This document shows positions 8,404 to 18,166 of a stretch of 64,000 bases of DNA, one piece after another. The position numbers and the translations under genes are program-made. The DNA comes from Allosphingosinicella sp. (GTDB taxonomy: Bacteria > Pseudomonadota > Alphaproteobacteria > Sphingomonadales > Sphingomonadaceae), in contig NZ_JBKBMQ010000001.1 of the NCBI RefSeq assembly GCF_046295735.1, forward strand, positions 207,254-271,253. Reading direction: 5' to 3'. The notes beneath the pieces are model-generated. The model had not been told where the DNA came from. It saw only the letters and a list, made by a program, of their open reading frames with translations, and ran no database searches. Each line of letters starts with the position of its first letter. The first letter of the stretch is position 1.

Positions 8404-10631
8404 GAGGTCTTCAGGAGCTCGATCTGCTTCTTGGGAGCCTCGCCCTCGCGGTAGGAATAGGCGTCCCCGCCATAGCCGTAGCCGTAGCCGTAGCCGTAGC
8501 CAGCCTTGGTGGCGCTGAACTTGGTCAGGACCGCGCCCATCATGTTGGCGCCGGAGGCACGCAGCCTGTTCACCGCGTTGAGCGCGGCCGCGCGCCGGAT
8601 CACGCCGGACTCGATGATCATCAGCGTGCCTTCGACCTGCGAGCTCAGCAGCGGCGCGTCGGCAAGGCCGAGCACCGGCGGACCGTCGATCACGACATAG
8701 TCGAACATGTCGCGCACCCGGTCGATGACGATGCCGATCCGGCCCGAAGCCAGCAATTCCGCCGGGTTCGGCGGGATCTGGCCGCCGGGCAGCAGGAACA
8801 GCCCCTCATAGGAGGTCGGATGGATCGCGCCTTCGATATCGTCCGAACCCGCGAGCAGGTTCGTGAGGCCCTCCGACTGCGCCTTGGGTCCGCGGAAGGT
8901 GGGCTTGCGCAGATCGCTGTCGATCAGGAGCACGGTCGAGCCGAGGCTTGCCAGGGTGCGGGCGAGCGCCAGCGCGGAGCTCGACTTGCCTTCGGCCGCC
9001 CGGGTGCTGGTGACGAGCAACGTCTTCGGCACGCCGTGATCGGTCGAGAATTGGAGCGCGGCGCGGACCGATTGATAAGCCTCCGATATCTGCGATCGCG
9101 CATCCTCCAGCTGGTCCTGCACCACCTCCCCGCGCTCAGGCCGCGGGATGATGCCGATGGGCGCAAGGCCGAGCTTGGCCGTCACGTCGTCCGGTGTCTT
9201 GATCGTGTCGTCCATCCATTCGAGACCGAAGGCGGCACCGAAGCCAAGCAAGAGACCCGCGACCAGGCCGATCGCGATGTTGAGCGGCAGATTGGGCTTG
9301 AACGGTGCCCGCGGCGTACGGGCCGGATCCACGACCGAGACCGCGTTGGCGCCCACGCCGCCCGCAACGCCCACTTCCTTGTAGCGCTGAAGAAGGGCGT
9401 CGTAGAGCGAGCGGTTGGTGTCCACCTCACGCTGCAGGATGGTGTACTGGATGCTGCGCTCGCGCAGGTTCAGCAGCGAATTCTTCAACTGGTCGACGCG
9501 GCCCTGGAGCTGGTTTTCGCGCGCGACGGCGGCCGCATATTCGGAACGGAGCGCGCTCGATACGTTGCTGCCTTCCTGCTGGATCGCGCGGGTCAGGGAT
9601 TCGATGCGCGAGCGAAGCTGGACCATCTGCGGATAGTCCGGCTGGAAGATGCCGAGCTTCTCCTGATACTGGGCCTGGAGTTCGGCGCGCTCCCCCGTCA
9701 GCCGCTGGACCGTCGGGTTGTTCAGCACGTCCGTGGTTGAACGGTTCGCCTGCGCCTGACGGAAGCGCTGCTCCGCGGCGATGCGTTCCGCGCGCGCCAC
9801 CGACAGCGCCTGGTTCATCGCGAGGAGCGAGGAGGCGTCGAGCGTCTGCTCACGCCGGCCGCCTTCGCCGCTGCCGCTGTCGATTTCCAGCGAGATGATC
9901 CCCTGCCGCTGCGCGTAAGAGACGAGCTGCCGCTCCGAATCCTCCAGCCGCGCCTTCACGGTGGCGAGCCGCTGCTCGAGGAAGTTGCGCGCATACGAGG
10001 TCGCTTCGAACCGGCGCTCCAGATTCGACTGGATGAAGTTTTCCGCATAGGTGTTCGCGACCCGGGCGGCGAGTTCCGGACTGGTGCTCTCGACGTTGAG
10101 TTCGATCAGCCGGCTGTCGCGCACCGGAACGACCTCGATCGAGTTGTGCAGCCTGTCGACCGCCATCAGATCGCGCGCGCTGCGGTCGACGCTCTGATCG
10201 ACGAAAAACTCGTTGTTGGCGAGGTTCAGGCTGCGCGCCACCCGCTCTGCCAGCGCGCGACTGCGCAGCAGACCCGCCTGGGTGGCCATGAATTCGCGGT
10301 CGCCCATGCCCATCGGGGCGACCTCGCCCATCTGGACGACCTGGACGCCGCCTTCCCGGTTCACTTCGAGGGTCGCGGTGGCCCGATATTCGGGCCGGAC
10401 CAACAAAGCCGCGACGATCGCCGCCAGAAGACAGGCAATGGTGATCGCCGCGATCAGCCACCACCATTTCGCGACGACGCGCCACACCTCGCTGAGGCTG
10501 AACCCGCTTTGCGTCACGGCGGGCCGGGCCGCGACCACGTCGCGAAGCCCGCTGTGCGCGGGCAGGCGCTCGGAGGCCCCGAATGGCAACACGGCACCTT
10601 GGTGCGGGAAGCCCGCGCTTTGATCGTTCAT
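8400..10631 (-). CDS. wzc: Polysaccharide co-polymerase / tyrosine autokinase (Wzc/GumC family)
   Basis: Two TMs flanking a coiled-coil loop, Walker A TSTRAAEGKS, LIDSDLRKP, VIDGPPVL, C-terminal GYGYGYGYGY Tyr cluster. Confidence 0.93.
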   Translation of the reverse strand: MNDQSAGFPHQGAVLPFGASERLPAHSGLRDVVAARPAVTQSGFSLSEVWRVVAKWWWLIAAITIACLLAAIVAALLVRPEYRATATLEVNREGGVQVVQMGEVAPMGMGDREFMATQAGLLRSRALAERVARSLNLANNEFFVDQSVDRSARDLMAVDRLHNSIEVVPVRDSRLIELNVESTSPELAARVANTYAENFIQSNLERRFEATSYARNFLEQRLATVKARLEDSERQLVSYAQRQGIISLEIDSGSGEGGRREQTLDASSLLAMNQALSVARAERIAAEQRFRQAQANRSTTDVLNNPTVQRLTGERAELQAQYQEKLGIFQPDYPQMVQLRSRIESLTRAIQQEGSNVSSALRSEYAAAVARENQLQGRVDQLKNSLLNLRERSIQYTILQREVDTNRSLYDALLQRYKEVGVAGGVGANAVSVVDPARTPRAPFKPNLPLNIAIGLVAGLLLGFGAAFGLEWMDDTIKTPDDVTAKLGLAPIGIIPRPERGEVVQDQLEDARSQISEAYQSVRAALQFSTDHGVPKTLLVTSTRAAEGKSSSALALARTLASLGSTVLLIDSDLRKPTFRGPKAQSEGLTNLLAGSDDIEGAIHPTSYEGLFLLPGGQIPPNPAELLASGRIGIVIDRVRDMFDYVVIDGPPVLGLADAPLLSSQVEGTLMIIESGVIRRAAALNAVNRLRASGANMMGAVLTKFSATKAGYGYGYGYGYGGDAYSYREGEAPKKQIELLKTS

Positions 10632-10667
10632 GACGTTGGTCCTGTGCGTCTCAGTGTGTACGCGCCC

Positions 10668-11390
10668 TTAGAAGGGGCGGAATAGTCCGAGGATGGGAAT
10701 GGTTGCAAGCGCGTCTCTGAACAGCGCACGTCCCCTGCTTCCGTCGACGACGATGATGTCGTTGCCGTAGATCGGCGGATCTTCGGCCTGGCCGCGGCGG
10801 ATGTCCTGAAGATCGAAGGCGGCCGCCATGCGCTGGCCGTTGATGGTCCGGAATACGAGCACGCGGCGCGGATTGGCGTCCTCGCTGGTGCCGCGGGCGG
10901 CGGCGACCGCCTGGATCAGGCTGCTGGTGCCGCGGATGGTGACGACGCCCGGCTGGCGGACGGAGCCGTCGACGGTGATCGTCTGCTCGGTCGCCTCGAG
11001 AATTGCGACCTGAACGTTGGGCGAGCGCAGGTGACGCTCGCCAAGCCGCTGCGCGAGATGCTGCGCGAGTTCGCTGCTGGTCTTGCCCTGCGCGGTCACC
11101 TGACCGATCAGCGGATAGTTGATCGTGCCGTTGGCCTCGACGTTGAATTCGCCCGACAGGTCTTCGACCTGGAACACGGTGACCCGGATCTTGTCGCGCG
11201 GGCCGATGATCTGCGGATGCTGCGTCGCGGGCAGCGCGACCACGTCCGGCTCGCCGAAGCCGGCGGGATCGTAGGGCACGGGTCCGCCGCGGGTGGCGCA
11301 TGCGGACAGCGAGAACGCCGCGGCCGATGCCGCGCCCAGCAGCAGAGCCCGCCGCGCGCAAAAAAGCCTGTCATGCCGACGCAATCGCAT
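10668..11390 (-). CDS. wza: Polysaccharide export lipoprotein (Wza/OPX family)
   Basis: Lipobox LSAC, IGPRDKIRVTVF, VEANGTINYPLIG (PES motif), SLBB region, GNDIIVV. Confidence 0.9.
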   Translation of the reverse strand: MRLRRHDRLFCARRALLLGAASAAAFSLSACATRGGPVPYDPAGFGEPDVVALPATQHPQIIGPRDKIRVTVFQVEDLSGEFNVEANGTINYPLIGQVTAQGKTSSELAQHLAQRLGERHLRSPNVQVAILEATEQTITVDGSVRQPGVVTIRGTSSLIQAVAAARGTSEDANPRRVLVFRTINGQRMAAAFDLQDIRRGQAEDPPIYGNDIIVVDGSRGRALFRDALATIPILGLFRPF

Positions 11391-11614
11391 GTGTCCTCTT
11401 CTCCAAAATATGGGGCCGGCCCGTTAGCACCATTCGCTTTTGAGAGCAAAGCCTTTCAACTCACTAGGTTTTTTGCTCTTTAAGCTGGTGCGGCCCGGTC
11501 CAATGCCGAAAGCCGGCTTGCGCGTCCCTTAACGGAAAACGCACAGAGTTGCGAGCGCCCTTTCAACAATCCGGCGCAAGCACTATGTGCCAGCCGTCAG
11601 TCGGATAAGGTTTC

Positions 11615-12394
11615 ATGGTGCTACGCTTGTTCTTCGGGAAGAAATCGCAACGCGCCGCGCCGCGCGCGCCGGAGGGCTGCCGCGCCTACGCGATCGGCGA
11701 CATTCACGGGCGGCTCGACCTGCTCCAGGAACTCGTCGCCAAGATCGAGCGCGACAATGCTTCGCGCCCGCCCGTCAAGACCTATCTCGTGACGCTTGGC
11801 GACCTCGTCGATCGGGGCCCCGATTCCCGCGGGGTGATCGAATATCTGATCGGCCTTCAGTCCGATTTCACCCGCGTCGTCCACCTCAAGGGCAATCATG
11901 AGGAATTCTTTCTCAACGTCCTCGCCCGGCAGGACGGGATGGTCGCCGACTGGCTGACCTATGGCGGCTATGAGTGCTGCGAGAGCTACGGGATCAGCAA
12001 GGGCTGGACGCTGAACGTCACGCCGGAGGCGGTGGCGGAGCGGCTCGCGAGCGAAGTGCCGCAACGCCACAAGGATTTCCTCGAGGATCTCGCCGACAGC
12101 TTCCGCTTCGGCGACTATCTGTTTGTCCATGCCGGCATCCGCCCCGGCCTGGACCTCTCCGAACAGACGAGCCGGGACCTGCGCTGGATCCGCGATGGGT
12201 TCCTCGACGACCGCACCGATCACGGCTTCGTCGTCGTCCACGGCCACACCATCGTCGCCGATCCGGAGCAGCATCCGAACCGGATCGCGATCGACACCGG
12301 CGCCTATCGATCGGGCGTCCTCACCGCGATCGGCCTCGAAGGCGCGGAGCGCTGGTTCATCGACGCGCGCGCCGAGGTGCCGACCGCCGCCTGA
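11615..12394 (+). CDS. Metallophosphoesterase (PPP/lambda-phosphatase family)
   Basis: GDIHG, GDLVDRG, GNHE, FVHAG, VVHGHT, IDTGA motifs. Confidence 0.9.
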   Translation: MVLRLFFGKKSQRAAPRAPEGCRAYAIGDIHGRLDLLQELVAKIERDNASRPPVKTYLVTLGDLVDRGPDSRGVIEYLIGLQSDFTRVVHLKGNHEEFFLNVLARQDGMVADWLTYGGYECCESYGISKGWTLNVTPEAVAERLASEVPQRHKDFLEDLADSFRFGDYLFVHAGIRPGLDLSEQTSRDLRWIRDGFLDDRTDHGFVVVHGHTIVADPEQHPNRIAIDTGAYRSGVLTAIGLEGAERWFIDARAEVPTAA

Positions 12395-12472
12395 GCCGCC
12401 CGGCTTGGCAGCGGAGGCCGGCGCCGATAAGGGGCGTCGCGACCTCCCCCATCACCTGACAGGGATCCTGAC

Positions 12473-13471
12473 ATGACCGTTCTCGTTACCGGCGCCGCCG
12501 GCTTCATCGGCTATCATCTGGCCGACCGCCTGCTTGCCCGGGGAGAGCGCGTGTTCGGGCTCGACAACGTCAACGATTATTACAGCGTGAAGCTGAAGCG
12601 CGACCGGATCGGCGAGCTGCGCGCGCGGCACGGCGATGCGTTCCGCTTCATCGAAGCCGATTTCGCCGATGCAGCGGCGCTCCGCGACGCGACGATGGGA
12701 GAAGAGTTCGACCGCATCGCCCATCTCGGCGCCCAGGCGGGCGTGCGCTATTCGATCGAGAATCCCCACGCCTACGTCCAGTCGAACCTGGTCGGGCATT
12801 TGAACCTGCTGGAGCTCGCCCGCCACCGCGGCAGCGCCCATCTCGTCTACGCCTCCTCCTCCTCCGTCTATGGCGGCAACGACACTCTGCCCTTCCGGGT
12901 GGAGGACCGGGTCGATCACCCGCTCTCGCTCTACGCCGCCACCAAGAAAGCGGACGAGCTGATGAGCGAGACTTACGCCCATCTCTACCGCCTGCCGCAG
13001 ACGGGGCTGCGCTTCTTCACCGTCTACGGTCCCTGGGGGCGCCCCGACATGGCGATGTGGCTGTTCACCAAGGCGATCCTCGAGGGCCGGCCGATCGAGG
13101 TGTTCGGCGAAGGCGACATGCGGCGCGACTTCACCTTCATCGACGACATCGTGAGCGGCATCGTCGCCTGCCTCGACAATCCGCCGCCGGACGACGGTCA
13201 GGAGAAAGCGGGCGGCAGCAAGGGACCGCACCGGCTCTACAATATCGGCAACAACCGCTCGGAAGAGCTCACCCGGATGATCGGCCTCATCGAACAGGCC
13301 TGCGGCCGGCCGGCGGTGCGCAACCTGATGCCGATGCAGCCGGGCGACGTGCGCGACACCTATGCCGACATCTCCGCCATCAGCCGCGATCTCGGCTTCC
13401 GGCCGACCACGTCGATCGACGTCGGCGTGCCGCGCTTCGTGGACTGGTACCGCGCCTATCACGGCGTCTGA
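12473..13471 (+). CDS. UDP-glucuronate 4-epimerase (extended SDR)
   Basis: VTGAAGFIG, HLGAQAGVRYS, YASSSSVYG, SLYAATKK, RFFTVYGPWGRPDMA, QPGDV. Confidence 0.9.
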   Translation: MTVLVTGAAGFIGYHLADRLLARGERVFGLDNVNDYYSVKLKRDRIGELRARHGDAFRFIEADFADAAALRDATMGEEFDRIAHLGAQAGVRYSIENPHAYVQSNLVGHLNLLELARHRGSAHLVYASSSSVYGGNDTLPFRVEDRVDHPLSLYAATKKADELMSETYAHLYRLPQTGLRFFTVYGPWGRPDMAMWLFTKAILEGRPIEVFGEGDMRRDFTFIDDIVSGIVACLDNPPPDDGQEKAGGSKGPHRLYNIGNNRSEELTRMIGLIEQACGRPAVRNLMPMQPGDVRDTYADISAISRDLGFRPTTSIDVGVPRFVDWYRAYHGV

Positions 13472-13572
13472 GGCATCCCGGGCCGCCGTGGATCGTTAAG
13501 GACGGTGCAAGACGCCTTCCGGTAAGGGAAGCGTACGGCGTACGAGGCGCGGCGGCAGCAGGAGATCGAAGC

Positions 13573-14109
13573 GTGAGGCGGTGGTTGGCCGCAAGGATTC
13601 CCAGCAAGGACGGACTGCTCGGCAGCCGCTGGCTGCGGCCCTTCGCGCACCGGCTGACCCACCCGATCCTGTGGCGTTTCAACCGCTGGAGCGTGTCGCG
13701 CGGGGTCGCGCTCGGCTTCTTCGCCGGCCTCCTGCTTCCCTTCGGCCAGACGCCGGTCGCGGCGCTCCTCGCCCTCACCGCCCGCGCCAATCTGATCGTG
13801 GCGGCGGTCGCGACCTTCATCACCAATCCGATCACCAACGCGCCCATCTTCTACGGCGCCTACAAGACCGGCCAGGCGCTGCTGCGCACCGATCCCGACA
13901 GTGCCTGGGACCCGACGGCGAGCACCCTCGTCAACGCCATCGCCTGGTTCATCCAGGTGTCGGGCCCGACCGCGCTCGGCCTGCTCATCTTCGCGATCGT
14001 CGGCGGGCTGGTCGGCTATGCCGGCGCGCAGCTCGGCTGGCGGCTGTGGGTGCAGCGGCGCTGGCTCCGGCGCTGCCGGGAACGGGAGGCCGCGCCCGGC
14101 GGCGCTTGA
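13573..14109 (+). CDS. DUF2062 family membrane protein
   Basis: LWRFNRWSVSRGVALG, TFITNPIT motif; GTG start after GGAG. Confidence 0.8.
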   Translation: MRRWLAARIPSKDGLLGSRWLRPFAHRLTHPILWRFNRWSVSRGVALGFFAGLLLPFGQTPVAALLALTARANLIVAAVATFITNPITNAPIFYGAYKTGQALLRTDPDSAWDPTASTLVNAIAWFIQVSGPTALGLLIFAIVGGLVGYAGAQLGWRLWVQRRWLRRCREREAAPGGA

Positions 14110-14142
14110 TTTTCCGGCGGGCGGGCCGCAGGAGCATCGGCC

Positions 14143-15402
14143 ATGCTCAGCCTCCAGTTCATCCGCGAACATCCCGAAGCCGTCGAACGGGCGATCGCCG
14201 CCAAGAATGCGGCGGTCGATCTTCCGCGCCTCCTCGCCCTCGACGGCGAGGTGCGCGAGCTCAAGACCCGCATCGACGAGCTGCGCCGGCAGCGCAACGA
14301 GATCAGCGGCCGCTTCAAGGATGCCGCGCCCGACGAGCGGCCGGCGCTCGGCCAGCGCGCCAAGGCGCTCGGCGCCGAGGCCGGCGAGGCGGAGGCGGCG
14401 CTCGGCGAGAAGCAGGCGGAACTCGACGCGCTGATGCTGCGCCTGCCGGGCATCCCGTGGGAAGGCGCGCCAGTTGGGCCGGACGAAAGCGCCAATATGG
14501 TGGTGCGCACCGAAGGCACGCCGCCCAGCTTCGGCTTCGAGCCCAGGGACCATGTCGCGCTCGTCGAGATGAACGACTGGGCAGATCTCGGCCGCATCAC
14601 CCAGGTGGCGGGATCGCGCACCTATTGCCTGAAGGGCCGGCTCGCGCTGCTCGAACAGGCGCTGATGTTCTGGGCGCAGCAGCGGCTGCAGAACGAAGGC
14701 TTCACCCTGATGACGGTGCCCGCGCTCGCCCGTCCGCAGGCCTTCGTCGCCACCGGCCATTTCCCGGGCCATGAGGAAGAGGCCTATGAGATGGAGAAGG
14801 ACGGCCTCTATCTCGCGGGCACAGGCGAGATCGCGCTCACCAGCCTCCATTCGGGCGAGATCGTCGAGGCCGACAACCTCCCCATCCTCTATGCCGGCTA
14901 TTCGCCCTGCTTCCGCCGCGAGGCCGGGAGCGCCGGGCGCGACGTGCGCGGCCTCTTGCGCGTCCACCAATTCTACAAGCTCGAACAATATGTGATCTGC
15001 CGCGACGATCCGGAGGAGAGCGCGCGCTGGCACGCCAAATTGCTGGCGGTCGCGGAAAGCCTGCTCAAGGACCTCGAAATCCCCTACCAGGTGGTGGAGA
15101 CCTCTACCGGCGACATGGGGCTCGGCAAGTTCCGGATGAACGACATCGAAAGCTGGGTGCCCTCGCTCGGCAAATATCGCGAGACCCACAGCTGCTCGAC
15201 GCTGCACGACTGGCAGGCGCGCCGCGCGAATCTGCGGTGGCGGGACGAGGACCGCAAGGTCCGCTTCTGCCACACGCTCAACAACACCGCGCTCGCCAGC
15301 CCGCGCATCCTGGTGCCGCTGCTCGAAAACCACCAGACCGAGGACGGCCGCGTCCGGCTCCCCGCCGCGATCCGCGGCCTGATGGGGGGCGAATATCTCT
15401 AG
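14143..15402 (+). CDS. serS: Serine--tRNA ligase (Thermus-like subtype)
   Basis: N-terminal coiled coil; FRREAG...RGLLRVHQFYKLEQ (motif 2), YRETHSCS, HTLNNTALASPRIL (motif 3). Confidence 0.95.
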   Translation: MLSLQFIREHPEAVERAIAAKNAAVDLPRLLALDGEVRELKTRIDELRRQRNEISGRFKDAAPDERPALGQRAKALGAEAGEAEAALGEKQAELDALMLRLPGIPWEGAPVGPDESANMVVRTEGTPPSFGFEPRDHVALVEMNDWADLGRITQVAGSRTYCLKGRLALLEQALMFWAQQRLQNEGFTLMTVPALARPQAFVATGHFPGHEEEAYEMEKDGLYLAGTGEIALTSLHSGEIVEADNLPILYAGYSPCFRREAGSAGRDVRGLLRVHQFYKLEQYVICRDDPEESARWHAKLLAVAESLLKDLEIPYQVVETSTGDMGLGKFRMNDIESWVPSLGKYRETHSCSTLHDWQARRANLRWRDEDRKVRFCHTLNNTALASPRILVPLLENHQTEDGRVRLPAAIRGLMGGEYL

Positions 15403-15433
15403 GCGGCCCGACGACCGGGCGCCGCCGGCCTGG

Positions 15434-16093
15434 ATGCGGCTCAAGGAGGCGGGGGCGCTCGCCGCGCGCGTCTATCGCGGGTTCGGACGGCTCGGCGAAC
15501 GGGGGCCGTCGGACGGGCCCAAACTGATGGTGATCCCCGGTTTCCTCGCCACCGACCGCACCACCCTGGGGCTGCAGCGGGCGCTGGCCGAGGGCGGGTT
15601 TCGGGTCAGCGGCTGGGGTCTCGGCCTCAACCGGAGGGTCACCGAGCGCACCGTCGATGCCATCGCCGATCAGATCGCGCGGTTCGGCGCGGGCGAGAAG
15701 GTGATCCTGGTCGGCTGGAGCCTCGGCGGCCTCTACGCCCGCGTGGTCGCGCAGGAGCGGCCGGAGCTGGTCGAGAGGGTGGTGACCCTGGGCTCGCCCT
15801 TTTCCGGCGACCGGCGGCGCAACAACAATGTCTGGCGGCTCTACGAATGGGTCGCCGGCCACCACGTCAACCACCCCCCGATCGATCGCGATCCCGCGCA
15901 GAAACCTCCGGTGCCGACGCTGGCGATCTGGTCGCGCCGCGACGGCATCGTCTCGGTCGACGGGGCGCGCGGCAAGGCGGAGGAGCGCGACGCGGAGCTG
16001 GAGGTCGATTGCACCCACATGGGCTTCGGCGTCAGCGGCAAGGCCTATCCGCAGATCGTCGCGGCGATACGGAGCTTCCACTCCGCCGCATAG
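15434..16093 (+). CDS. Alpha/beta hydrolase (esterase/lipase-like)
   Basis: IPGFLA oxyanion region, GWSLGG nucleophile elbow, DGIV Asp, THMG His. Confidence 0.85.
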   Translation: MRLKEAGALAARVYRGFGRLGERGPSDGPKLMVIPGFLATDRTTLGLQRALAEGGFRVSGWGLGLNRRVTERTVDAIADQIARFGAGEKVILVGWSLGGLYARVVAQERPELVERVVTLGSPFSGDRRRNNNVWRLYEWVAGHHVNHPPIDRDPAQKPPVPTLAIWSRRDGIVSVDGARGKAEERDAELEVDCTHMGFGVSGKAYPQIVAAIRSFHSAA

Positions 16094-16102
16094 GCGTCGT
16101 CA

Positions 16103-16492
16103 TCAGGAGGACAGGAAGGGCGCCGCGATTTCGGGCGTCACCCGCATCGGCCGGCCGCTGGCGCGGTCGATCATCGCCCAGGTGGTGATCGACCGGACGC
16201 GCGGCTTGCCGTCGGCGCCGACGAATTCGATGTGCCGGTCGAACTTGGCGCCGCGCGGCGGATCGGGGATCCAGCTGCGCGCCGTCACCGTCTCGCCCGG
16301 CAGGACGGCGCGCAGATAGTCGATCTCGTGCCGGATCACGACCCAGAAATAGGCCGCCTGATGCTCCGGGGCCGCGGCCGCGGCCCAATGCGCCGTCGCG
16401 ACATCCTGAATCCAGCGCACCCACACCGCATTGTTGACATGCCCCAACTCGTCGATGTCGGCCGCCGTGGCCGTGATCCGCATCTCGAACAT
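16103..16492 (-). CDS. Acyl-CoA thioesterase (4HBT hotdog fold)
   Basis: DIDELGHVNNAVW, HEIDYL motifs. Confidence 0.9.
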   Translation of the reverse strand: MFEMRITATAADIDELGHVNNAVWVRWIQDVATAHWAAAAAPEHQAAYFWVVIRHEIDYLRAVLPGETVTARSWIPDPPRGAKFDRHIEFVGADGKPRVRSITTWAMIDRASGRPMRVTPEIAAPFLSS

Positions 16493-16614
16493 CCGCCCTT
16501 CCAAGCACAACTTGCCCAGGAAGGGGAGAGGCAGAACCGAAACCCGCCCTGAGGGAGCGGGGTGGCGGCGCTCCCGGCGTTGCAGGGCCTCGGCGGAGGG
16601 CCTAGCAGGGCCTC

Positions 16615-17373
16615 ATGTCCGAACTCCCGGAGCCGATTCCCGCCGCGACCCTGGTGCTGATGCGCCGGCTGGCAAGCGGGCCGCCCGAATTGCTGATGAT
16701 GGAGCGGGCCGGGACCATGGCCTTCGCGGCGGGCGCGCTGGTGTTTCCGGGCGGGCGGATCGATCCCGCCGACATCGCCGCCGCCGCCGCGCTCGCGCCG
16801 CATCTGGAGGACGGTGCCGCCCGCATCGCGGCGATACGCGAGACGATCGAGGAGACCGGCATCGCGCCCGCCCTCACTCCCTCCCCCGGCCGCGCGGCCG
16901 CGGCGGCGCTCAGGCAGGATCTCGCCGGCGGCGGCGACTTCGCGGCGCTGCTGGCCGGTCACGGCTTCGCCCTCGACCTGGCGGCGCTGACGCCGTTCAC
17001 CCGCTGGTGTCCGGCCTTCAAGCATCCCCGCCGGTTCGACACGCTCTTCTACCTGGCCGAGGCGCCGGAGGGCGATCCGCGCGCCGTCGCCGACGAGGCC
17101 GAGGCGGTGCGCGCCTTCTGGGCAAGCGCGGGCGACGTGCTGGCCGAGCTGGACGCCGGCCGCGCCCATGCCATCTTCCCCACCCGTCGCAATCTCGAGC
17201 GGCTCGCCCGCTTCGGCTCGATCGAGGAGGCGCGCGCCGACGCGGCCCGCCACCCGGTCGAGACGATCACGCCCTGGGTTGAGGAGCGCGGCGGACGCCC
17301 CTGGGTCTGCATCCCGGAAGGGATCGGCTATCCGGTGACCGCCGAGCCGCTCGACAGCGCGATCCGCGCCTGA
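16615..17373 (+). CDS. NUDIX hydrolase (NUDT19-like)
   Basis: AATLVL, FPGGRIDPAD, AAIRETIEETG Nudix box, RRFDTLFYL. Confidence 0.88.
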   Translation: MSELPEPIPAATLVLMRRLASGPPELLMMERAGTMAFAAGALVFPGGRIDPADIAAAAALAPHLEDGAARIAAIRETIEETGIAPALTPSPGRAAAAALRQDLAGGGDFAALLAGHGFALDLAALTPFTRWCPAFKHPRRFDTLFYLAEAPEGDPRAVADEAEAVRAFWASAGDVLAELDAGRAHAIFPTRRNLERLARFGSIEEARADAARHPVETITPWVEERGGRPWVCIPEGIGYPVTAEPLDSAIRA

Positions 17374-17412
17374 GGCGGAACCGGGGCGCGGCGCCGCACG
17401 TCCGTTTCCGCG

Positions 17413-18141
17413 ATGCGCATCCTCTCCCTGATCAAGACCCTGATCCTGCTGGCCGTGCTCGGCCTCGCGGCGCTGCTGCTCTATGGCTATGCCCGCAACC
17501 ACCCGCAGGACATGCCCTGGACCGCGCTCGATCTGTCGCAGCCGGTCGGGGCGTTCACCGGGCGCAAGCTCACCGCGCTGCGCGGCGAGTTCGGCACCTG
17601 CCGCCGGCTGCTCGAGGATGCGGGCGTCGCCTTCACCGCGCTGCCGCCGCGCTCCGGCGGGCCGAGCTGCGGCTATGACGATGCCGTGCGGTTCGCGGGC
17701 GGCGGCGCGCAGCGCATCCTCTGGCGCCCGGGCGATCTCGGCGTCAGCTGCCCGGTCGCGGCCGGGCTTGCGCTGTGGGAATGGCACGTCGTCCAGCCCG
17801 CCGCGCTCGAACATTTCGGAAGCCGCGTCGCCGCGATCGATCATTTCGGAAGCTATTCCTGCCGCCGGCTCTACGGCCGCTCCGAAGGCGCGTTCAGCGA
17901 ACATGCGACCGCCAACGCGGTCGACATCGCCGGCTTCCGGCTGGAGGACGGGACGCGGATCGGCGTGCTGCGCGACTGGGAGCGCGACGGCCCGCGCGCC
18001 GCCTTCCTGCGCGACGTGCGCGACGGCGCCTGCCGCCTGTTCTCGACCGTCCTGTCGCCCGATTACAACGAGGCGCATCGCGACCATTTCCATTTTGATC
18101 AGGCCGAGCGCGGCGCGATGGGTTGGCGGGCCTGCCGGTGA
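17413..18141 (+). CDS. Extensin-like C-terminal domain protein
   Basis: N-terminal TM, HFGSYSCR, SEHATANAVDI, PDYNEAHRDHFHFD. Confidence 0.85.
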   Translation: MRILSLIKTLILLAVLGLAALLLYGYARNHPQDMPWTALDLSQPVGAFTGRKLTALRGEFGTCRRLLEDAGVAFTALPPRSGGPSCGYDDAVRFAGGGAQRILWRPGDLGVSCPVAAGLALWEWHVVQPAALEHFGSRVAAIDHFGSYSCRRLYGRSEGAFSEHATANAVDIAGFRLEDGTRIGVLRDWERDGPRAAFLRDVRDGACRLFSTVLSPDYNEAHRDHFHFDQAERGAMGWRACR

Positions 18142-18166
18142 GGGGGAAGTTGTGGTAGGAGGCTCC

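Noticed and set aside
8473-8500. (TAGCCG)n hexamer tandem repeat as a phase-variation tract
   Set aside because: In-frame repeat encoding the GYGYGY tyrosine cluster of Wzc.
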